From assembly GCA_016198275.1 (NCBI GenBank), contig JACQIX010000025.1, positions 1-46,569 on the forward strand: 46,569 nt of DNA. Reading direction: 5' to 3'. Position numbers and translations under genes: made by a program. Origin of the DNA: Candidatus Daviesbacteria bacterium. GTDB taxonomy: Bacteria; Patescibacteriota; Microgenomatia; Daviesbacterales; UBA10151. Shown here piece by piece: positions 18,078 through 24,670 of the stretch (positions within the stretch are counted from its first letter, which is position 1; each line of letters starts with the position of its first letter). The notes below the pieces were generated by a model that made no database searches, had not been told where the DNA came from, and worked only from the letters and a program-made list of their open reading frames with translations.

Positions 18078-19919
18078 ATGGTTAAAAAGAAAAAAAATTT
18101 AGGGTATGCTTTTGGGGAGGAACTTTCTAAAGTCAAGGATAAAATTAAGCATATTAAAAAAGAGCAAGCTTTAGAGTGGACAGATATATTACTGCCTAAT
18201 TTCCATCCCGGCAGCAGTCATTCAATACAACACAGTAGTTGGGTAGTTGCCTTTTTTGCCGTTTCCACTCTGGTATTATTTTTTGTTCTTTTTTTACGGC
18301 TTTTTCATCTGCAAATAGTTACTGGCAAGCAAAACAGGGAACTGGCTGATGGTAATCGTATTCAGATAAAGATTATCCATGCGCCCCGCGGGGTTATCTT
18401 TGATAGAAACGGCAAAGTACTGGCAGCTAATTCTCCGGCTTTTAGGTTGGTTGATAGGGAGGCCAAAACCAGGTTAATAACTAGAGAGGAGGCATTGGAG
18501 TTAGAGGTGAAAAATGACCAAAGAGTGGCTGATTTGGAAGTTGATAATCTCAGAAATTATCCAAAGGGGCAGGAATTTGCTCATATTTTAGGATATGTAG
18601 GACAGATTTCCCAAGCCCAGCTAAACTTAACTGAATTTAATAATTATAAACCGGCAGACCAGGTTGGCAAAATGGGAGTGGAAGCTCAGTATGAGAGTTT
18701 ACTCAGAGGAATTGACGGAGGGGAGATTATCGAGGTAGATTCAAAGGGTAATAAACTGCGGACTTTGCGACGCAACCCTCCTATTGCCGGACAAAATATT
18801 TATCTGACAATTGATGCGGATTTGCAAACTAGGATTTATCAGCTGATGCAGGAAACTTTAAAGCAGGCGATAGGTAGCTGTTGCGGCGCTGCCATTGCCA
18901 TGGATCCTACAAACGGCCAGGTTTTAGCCCTTGTTTCACTACCCTCATTTGACCCGAATATTTTTACCCAAAATATTGATGAAGGGGCAATTTCGGATAT
19001 TCTTACCCGCTCCGATTCACCAATACTAAACCGGGTTATAGCCGGCACTTACCCGCCGGGTTCTACTTTTAAAATTATCTCATCACTGGCAGCACTTTCT
19101 TCCGGTAAGATCAGCCCTGAGACAACTTTTGTAGATAATGGTTTTATCTATTTGGGGACATTCAAATTTAGCAACTGGTATTTTAATCAATACGGTAAGG
19201 TGGAAGGATCGGTCAATCTAACAAAAGCAATTCAGCGGTCTAATGATACTTATTTTTATGAAGTTGCTAGAATTATAGGTGAAAAATTACTGGGCAGTTG
19301 GGCAAAAAAGGTGAAAATGGGTGGAAAACTTAACATAGATTTACCTGGGGAAGCAGGAGGAATAATTCCTGATGGCGGGTGGAAGAAAAAAAATCTGGGA
19401 GAATATTGGTACCCCGGCGATACCTTGCACATGGTTATAGGCCAGGGGTTTGTGACTGCTACTCCTTTGCAGATTTTGGGGATTACTTCCTTTATTGCCG
19501 CAGATGGCAATTTATATCAGCCGCAAATTCTTTTAAACTCTAAACCTAAGATATTAATTTCCAATTTGCTGACTCAGGATAAAATTAAAGTTATTAAAGA
19601 GGGGTTGAAACTGGTTCCGAAAACAGGAGGGACAGCCTGGCCTTTTTTTACCTTCCCCATCATTACAGCCGGAAAAACCGGCACTGCGGAATATGGTGAT
19701 GTTAAAAACAGGACTCATGCTTGGTATACCTCTTTTGCTCCTGCCGATGATCCTAAAATTGCCATGACTGTTTTAATAGAAGGAGGAGGAGAGGGATCAT
19801 CCGTAGCAGCCCCGGTTGTCAAGGAAACTTATCGTTGGTATTTTTCAACAGATAAAAATAAATTAATAGAGGATATCTATACTCCAGCAACAGATTCTGG
19901 TAAAACTTTAGGAGAATAG
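18078..19919 (+). CDS. mrdA: Penicillin-binding protein 2 (class B transpeptidase)
   Basis: APRGVIFDRNG, STFK (SxxK), SND (SxN variant), KTGTAE; follows mreCD. Confidence 0.93.
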   Translation: MVKKKKNLGYAFGEELSKVKDKIKHIKKEQALEWTDILLPNFHPGSSHSIQHSSWVVAFFAVSTLVLFFVLFLRLFHLQIVTGKQNRELADGNRIQIKIIHAPRGVIFDRNGKVLAANSPAFRLVDREAKTRLITREEALELEVKNDQRVADLEVDNLRNYPKGQEFAHILGYVGQISQAQLNLTEFNNYKPADQVGKMGVEAQYESLLRGIDGGEIIEVDSKGNKLRTLRRNPPIAGQNIYLTIDADLQTRIYQLMQETLKQAIGSCCGAAIAMDPTNGQVLALVSLPSFDPNIFTQNIDEGAISDILTRSDSPILNRVIAGTYPPGSTFKIISSLAALSSGKISPETTFVDNGFIYLGTFKFSNWYFNQYGKVEGSVNLTKAIQRSNDTYFYEVARIIGEKLLGSWAKKVKMGGKLNIDLPGEAGGIIPDGGWKKKNLGEYWYPGDTLHMVIGQGFVTATPLQILGITSFIAADGNLYQPQILLNSKPKILISNLLTQDKIKVIKEGLKLVPKTGGTAWPFFTFPIITAGKTGTAEYGDVKNRTHAWYTSFAPADDPKIAMTVLIEGGGEGSSVAAPVVKETYRWYFSTDKNKLIEDIYTPATDSGKTLGE

Positions 19920-19933
19920 GGATTTAATCGATT

Positions 19934-20266
19934 ATGCCAACTACGCCAGAAAGTCCGCGGTTTCAATAGTCAGGGATAGACGTGGCTGATGTACCAGCAG
20001 AAGATACTGCCGAAGAAGCAATAATCAGAAGATTGGATATTTTTAATGCGTTAGATTGTTTAACCCCTTGGCAAAAAAGAGTAATAGTTTTAAAATTTGG
20101 ATTGGAGGATGGTATACAAAGGACTTTAGGTGAGGTAGCGAAAGAATGTGGATGGAAAACAAGCTAAACTGCTAGAAGAGTAGAATTAAAAGTATTAAGA
20201 CGCTTAAGACGTCCACCCATATCAAACAAACTTAAAGGATATCACGAGTTTCGCACATTGGTGTGA
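19934..20266 (+). pseudogene. Stand-alone sigma-70 region 4 protein interrupted by two in-frame stops
   Basis: One frame from ATG 19934 to TGA 20264: MPTTPESPRFQ*SGIDVAD...LTPWQKRVIVLKFGLEDGIQRTLGEVAKECGWKTS*TARRVELKVLRRLRRP...; stops TAG 19967 and TAA 20165; matches RpoD region 4. Confidence 0.8.
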
Positions 20267-20340
20267 TTTAAGCTACGCTTAAAGTGTGAGTAAATCACTC
20301 TTGTTAATCGCTACTTTTTCTACTTAGCAAGCGTATTATT

Positions 20341-21072
20341 ATGGAAAACACCTTTCAAGCTCCTACACAACCCAATACATCAAACATATCAGAAACAACC
20401 TCTTCTTCCCAACCATCTTTAGAGAGAAAACGCAATTGGAAAAAATGGATATTGATAACCGTAGTTTTTCTTGCACTTTTCGCAAGTCTTCTCTATTTCT
20501 ATGCCTTAAAACTTTCAAGCTCAAAACCCATCGCCCACGCCCCTAACCCAACCGTTACCCAGATCATACCTCAAGATGCAACGGAAAATTGGAAGACGTA
20601 TACAAATTCAGAGAATATGTTTACTATACAATATCCACCTAATCTTTATGTAAAAGGAGGTGGCCAACAAATCTTTTTAGCCAAACAAGACGCAACTGAT
20701 GCTGAGAAAATTGATTATTCAGATGAATTGGTTGAAATACGCATTGATACTTTCATCAATAGATTTGAGAGTTATTATACTACTCCAGATAACACTCAAG
20801 TTAAAAATTATGGTGATACCAAACTAAAAAGCTATTCAATTGATGGATATAAAGCTGTTTTATATGGATACGGTGAAAAAGACAAAGAAAAGGAAATTAA
20901 GTCAAATGAAGAAGCAGTGAAATCAGGCGCAAGTGTTGGAATGATCTATTTCAAGAGAGGTTTAATGGTTAATAAAAATGGTGTAAAAATAGAAATTTCA
21001 ACAAATTCCTACACTGGCGAATTTAAAAATACTTTTGATCAAATCCTCTCCACTTTTAAATTCACTCAATAA
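20341..21072 (+). CDS. Single-TM surface protein, PsbP-like CPR family (paralogue A)
   Basis: TM, P/T linker, NWKTYTN..FTIQYP, C-terminal TFDQILSTFKF. Confidence 0.8.
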   Translation: MENTFQAPTQPNTSNISETTSSSQPSLERKRNWKKWILITVVFLALFASLLYFYALKLSSSKPIAHAPNPTVTQIIPQDATENWKTYTNSENMFTIQYPPNLYVKGGGQQIFLAKQDATDAEKIDYSDELVEIRIDTFINRFESYYTTPDNTQVKNYGDTKLKSYSIDGYKAVLYGYGEKDKEKEIKSNEEAVKSGASVGMIYFKRGLMVNKNGVKIEISTNSYTGEFKNTFDQILSTFKFTQ

Positions 21073-21097
21073 TAAGATTAACTTCTAGCTCGTCACA

Positions 21098-21129
21098 GAT
21101 CCTGGACGCGCTACGCTTGCCAGGATGAC
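21098..21129. repeat. Hairpin repeat, copy 1 (GATCCTGG...CCAGGATGAC)
   Basis: Stem ATCCTGG/CCAGGAT around ACGCGCTACGCTTG. Confidence 0.85.
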
Positions 21130-21144
21130 GCCCTGTTTTTTTAC

Positions 21145-21182
21145 GTCATTCTGGTAACGAACGTAGTGAGGAATCCAGAATC
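21145..21182. repeat. Hairpin repeat, copy 2 (GTCATTCTGG...CCAGAATC)
   Basis: Opposite orientation to copy 1; contains the TGA that closes the restored GIY-YIG frame. Confidence 0.85.
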
Positions 21183-21459
21183 TGATTGTAAAGGTCTTTA
21201 AAGTTCGGATTAAATTTAGTAATCATTTCCAATTTATCCTTTCTATTCATATCTTTAATTTGTTTTTCCTGATGATCGCTTGTTCTATAGTATTAAGTAA
21301 TTCGTAGAAAACAAGTTTATGAAGATTATATTTTGAAGTAAAACCTTTAACAAGATTATTTTTATGCTGATACACTCTTTTTACTAAATTATTAGTTACA
21401 CCCGTATATAAGGTTGGCCTATCGTTAGCCATAATGTAAACACATCCACCTTTGTTCAT
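21146..21459 (-). pseudogene. Stand-alone GIY-YIG endonuclease with a 1-nt frameshift near 21268
   Basis: [48 protein letters not shown]; the shifted frame continues [30 protein letters not shown], the canonical family C-terminus. Confidence 0.85.
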
Positions 21460-21461
21460 AA

Positions 21462-21504
21462 GATTCTGGATGTGTCCGGTGTTCACCGGACTTACCAGAA
21501 TGAC
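21462..21504. repeat. Hairpin repeat, copy 3 (GATTCTGG...CCAGAATGAC)
   Basis: Inner stem GTCCGGTG/CACCGGAC; ends 2 nt upstream of the GIY-YIG ATG; inverted relative to copy 2. Confidence 0.85.
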
Positions 21505-21591
21505 GGAGTGCGTATAACTAACTAGTTGCTCTTCCCCGCTCCTTTTTTGAAAAATCGTCTCTTTTTTCCTAACTATGGATCAGTAGTGTTA

Positions 21592-21606
21592 CACCCTTGG
21601 GGTGGA
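21592..21606. repeat. Intergenic copy of the CACCCTTGGGGTGGA palindrome
   Basis: Exact 15-bp match to 6760-6774. Confidence 0.65.
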
Positions 21607-21634
21607 CTAGGTTGACACCTACGGAAAATCATGT

Positions 21635-21955
21635 CTAAGCGAATTTTGCCCGGTGCTGTAAAATATTTGCCCATGTCAAGGCCTTCTCAGCCCAATCATT
21701 TTTATTAGTTTCATTTTTCTCATCTAAAAGCTGTTGAAATTCTTTCTGAAAATGACGAAGTGTTGGTTGAAAACGACTCGGGACTGTTCTTGTAGAGAGA
21801 TTCAAAAGAAAACCCTCAGTTTCTTTTAAAAACTGATCCATACGCTGTTGCTTGTGTTGACTCTTAGAAAGAACCCAATCACTGACTCTTGCGAGATTAA
21901 CAGAAATATCAAGCACTAAATCTATATTCTTTATCATATTCTCAATCTCTACCAC
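21635..21955 (-). CDS. Hypothetical helical protein (start may be ATG 21937)
   Basis: 106 aa ORF directly downstream of the DUF5674-like gene. Confidence 0.65.
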   Translation of the reverse strand: MVEIENMIKNIDLVLDISVNLARVSDWVLSKSQHKQQRMDQFLKETEGFLLNLSTRTVPSRFQPTLRHFQKEFQQLLDEKNETNKNDWAEKALTWANILQHRAKFA

Positions 21956-21978
21956 TAATATACTAGTATATTAGTGGT
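21951..21978. promoter_or_regulatory. Perfect 28-bp palindrome (operator or hairpin candidate)
   Basis: ACCACTAATATACT|AGTATATTAGTGGT; carries TATACT on both strands. Confidence 0.6.
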
Positions 21979-21994
21979 TATACATTTTTGTATA

Positions 21995-22324
21995 CTACAT
22001 TAGGAATTTCTTTATATTTTTATCAAATTTCTCTCGAATTTCTTGCGACATAATATCACGGCTCATGTTTCCGAGTATTGGTCGAATATTTATCATTGAA
22101 TTATAATCAACCTCTTTCGTTTCTAAATCAAGACCTCCACCCCACAAATTATCTTGTTTGGAACCTTCTTTTAGTAATAATTGCTCTGCGTCAACATGCC
22201 GCTTTCCACCACCTGCCAAAATTCCTCTTTCAATATCTACCACAACCTTTATGTAACCGCTAAAATCCTCTGCCATTTTTTGTAATTCTTCTTCAGTTGC
22301 TTTTTTGCGAATAATTAAAATCAC
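21995..22324 (-). CDS. DUF5674-like protein (probable GTG start 22324)
   Basis: IKVVVDIERGILAGGG.RHVDAEQLLL..GS.Q.NLWGG...SMINIRP; TGTTACAAT 6 nt upstream of the GTG. Confidence 0.7.
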   Translation of the reverse strand: MILIIRKKATEEELQKMAEDFSGYIKVVVDIERGILAGGGKRHVDAEQLLLKEGSKQDNLWGGGLDLETKEVDYNSMINIRPILGNMSRDIMSQEIREKFDKNIKKFLM

Positions 22325-22450
22325 GCATTTATTGTAACACAATACATCTACTCATTCTGTATCTAAATCTGAACTTTCTTAAATCTTTTGAAACATTGAC
22401 ATAAATTCATTTTCATTGACAATCAACATCTCTCATGCAACACTTGAGCT

Positions 22451-23119
22451 ATGGAAAACACTAACCAACCACCAATAGCCACGCCACCTCCCCCACAAGA
22501 AATTCCAGTGAATAAACCAACTCGATGGAAAATGTGGTTACTTATCGCAAGCGTTGTGGTCGCTTCCATTGCAAGCGTATTGTATTTCTCTGTCTTAAAA
22601 CTCCCCCTCTCCAAACCCATCACCCACGCCCCTGCACCAACGTCAACGCCAGTTGAACAAACCGACCCAACAGCAGATTGGAAAACGTATACGAATGCCT
22701 CCTTTAATTTCACGCTCCAATATCCACCTGAATTAAGTATGCAAAAAAACGCTTCTGATAATCTGACTGAATTTGTTACATCTGATTATGCTATAGATAC
22801 AAAATCTGGGCCAAATGCAGGAGCAATGATTAAAGGAAGTAAGATAACAATTAGTGTTTGGCCTCCCACTGATGAAGGATTTCTTGAAAGATATTGTAAT
22901 TCAAAAAACGCATCAGAAACAATGTGTAAAGTAACTTCAATTAAAGGGTATAAAGCAGCAGAGATCGTTCAAAACAAGAAACAACGAAAAGAAGTGGCTA
23001 TACAACTGAGCAAAAGTGAGACTGTTAGCATTTCTGCCGAAATATCAGATGTATCGAATCAATTATTTTTTATGACCTTCGACCAAATCCTCTCAACTTT
23101 TAAATTCATCCAGCAGTAA
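22451..23119 (+). CDS. Single-TM surface protein, PsbP-like CPR family (paralogue B)
   Basis: TM, SKPITHAP linker, DWKTYTN..FTLQYP, C-terminal TFDQILSTFKF. Confidence 0.8.
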   Translation: MENTNQPPIATPPPPQEIPVNKPTRWKMWLLIASVVVASIASVLYFSVLKLPLSKPITHAPAPTSTPVEQTDPTADWKTYTNASFNFTLQYPPELSMQKNASDNLTEFVTSDYAIDTKSGPNAGAMIKGSKITISVWPPTDEGFLERYCNSKNASETMCKVTSIKGYKAAEIVQNKKQRKEVAIQLSKSETVSISAEISDVSNQLFFMTFDQILSTFKFIQQ

Positions 23120-23123
23120 TGTC

Positions 23124-23172
23124 GTCATTCTGGCTTGACGGGTTACCTCTGGTACCCGTCTGGTCCAGAATC
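23124..23172. repeat. Hairpin repeat, copy 4 (GTCATTCTGG...CCAGAATC)
   Basis: Inner stem GACGGGT/ACCCGTC; begins 4 nt after the stop of paralogue B. Confidence 0.85.
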
Positions 23173-23232
23173 TGTTTGTTTTTCCCTGATGATCCCTTGC
23201 TCTGTTTCAGATAAGCGATTAAAGTAAATAAT

Positions 23233-24312
23233 ATGATTAATAATATTCCATTTCTGCTGGCGTTGCACTCGGTTGATGGGTTGGGGCCGATTAGGCTCAA
23301 GGCGATTTTAGATTATTTTAAAGATCCTAAACTGGCTTGGGAGGCAAATAGAAATCAGCTGCAAGAAATTGGTATTCCTGCAAGCGCAGTTAATCTGTTG
23401 GTGGAAATACGCAGGAAATTGGATCCTTTTGGCTATGCTCAGTCAATTGCAGATTCGGGTATAAAGTGGATGAGTGTATTTGATCAAAATTACCCAAAAC
23501 TGCTGGCTCAGATTTATGCTCCGCCGGTAATTTTGTATTATCAGGGAGAAATTCAGCCCGAAGATAAAAAAGCCATTGCCATTGTCGGCACCAGAAAAAT
23601 GACAGGGTACGGCAAGGTTGTTGCACAAAACTTCACTAAAGAGTTGAGTTTGGCTGGACTAACCATTGTTTCAGGGTTAGCCCGGGGGATAGACAGCCAA
23701 GCGCATTTAACTGCCATAGAAAATTCAGGCAGGACCATTGCTGTCTTAGGCGGCGGGTTAAATAATCTTTTCCCGCCGGAAAATAGGGGTTTGGCGGCAA
23801 AAATTGCCTTAGGCTTTGGGGCAGTTATTTCTGAGTTCCCGCCGGATTGCCCTTCACTCCCCGGTAACTTTCCTGCCAGAAACAGAATTATCTCCGGTTT
23901 ATCGTTAGGGGTTTGTGTCGTGGAGGCAGCAGAAGATAGCGGTTCGTTGATTACTGCCAGGCATGCTTTGGAGCAGGGCCGGGAAGTATTTGCTGTACCC
24001 GGACCAATCACCTCTGCTCTTTCAAAAGGCCCGATTACTTTAATTCAAGAGGGAGCAAGGATAGTATACTCTCCGGAGGATATTTTAGAAGAGCTAAGAA
24101 TTGACCGCTCTGGTCGGATTGATAAGATTAGTCAAGATCTTTCAGATGAGGAGAAGAAAGTTTTGGCATCTTTGGAAAATGAAAATATGCACATAGATGA
24201 TCTGGGACGAAAACTAGTTTTTCCTGCTGCCAAGATTTCCGCCTTGCTTTTAAAGATGGAAATTTCGGGACTTGTTCAAAGCTTGGGCAGTGGGATATAC
24301 TGCAGGAGATGA
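23233..24312 (+). CDS. dprA: DNA processing protein DprA
   Basis: AIVGTR, IVSGLARGID, FPARNRIISGLS, SGSLITA, GREVFAVPG. Confidence 0.97.
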   Translation: MINNIPFLLALHSVDGLGPIRLKAILDYFKDPKLAWEANRNQLQEIGIPASAVNLLVEIRRKLDPFGYAQSIADSGIKWMSVFDQNYPKLLAQIYAPPVILYYQGEIQPEDKKAIAIVGTRKMTGYGKVVAQNFTKELSLAGLTIVSGLARGIDSQAHLTAIENSGRTIAVLGGGLNNLFPPENRGLAAKIALGFGAVISEFPPDCPSLPGNFPARNRIISGLSLGVCVVEAAEDSGSLITARHALEQGREVFAVPGPITSALSKGPITLIQEGARIVYSPEDILEELRIDRSGRIDKISQDLSDEEKKVLASLENENMHIDDLGRKLVFPAAKISALLLKMEISGLVQSLGSGIYCRR

Positions 24313-24315
24313 GCT

Positions 24316-24666
24316 ATGCCTAAATTATACCTGCTCCTAATTTGCCTTTCTGTTGTAGTAGTTACGGCTGTTCTGACGATAATATTTAACTTCACTTTTA
24401 ACAAATCAACCTCAAAATCAGAAATTGAGACAGCCATCAACCAAGCCAAGTTTTTATACCGCCAGAAAAAGCAGCAGGGTGAGGATTTTTCCAACGGTCC
24501 CTGCCTTTCCAATGCCATACTGCCAAACTGGGTGGCAGATATAGCTCACAGCCCCCGCCAAAGCACCGATGATTTAACTCAAAATCAATGCCCCTCTTTT
24601 TTGGAAGGCAGTGCACAGCATTTTGTGGAACTTGATTTAGAGGGGAATTTGATAAGGGCTAAATAA
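24316..24666 (+). CDS. Small membrane-anchored exported protein with two cysteines
   Basis: N-terminal TM; GPCLSN...WVADIAHSPR...NQCPSF...HFVELD. Confidence 0.7.
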   Translation: MPKLYLLLICLSVVVVTAVLTIIFNFTFNKSTSKSEIETAINQAKFLYRQKKQQGEDFSNGPCLSNAILPNWVADIAHSPRQSTDDLTQNQCPSFLEGSAQHFVELDLEGNLIRAK

Positions 24667-24670
24667 AAAC

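Noticed and set aside
19934-20266. Genome-wide stop-codon reassignment
   Set aside because: TAA, TAG and TGA all terminate conserved genes at expected positions elsewhere in the window.
21260-21272. Programmed -1 frameshift in the GIY-YIG gene
   Set aside because: G_AAA_AAC is not a canonical X_XXY_YYZ slippery heptamer and no adjacent stimulatory structure was seen.
20341-23119. Paralogue pair as a diversity-generating retroelement TR/VR
   Set aside because: No reverse transcriptase in the window; shared segments are short and the differences are not adenine-specific.
21098-23172. Hairpin repeats as a CRISPR array or integron attC sites
   Set aside because: Orientation alternates, spacing is irregular and there are no constant-length spacers; no cas or integron integrase gene is present and no clear RYYYAAC/GTTRRRY ends were seen.
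19920-23232. Island between mrdA and dprA as a prophage or IS element
   Set aside because: No integrase, transposase, phage structural genes or terminal direct repeats were recognised.
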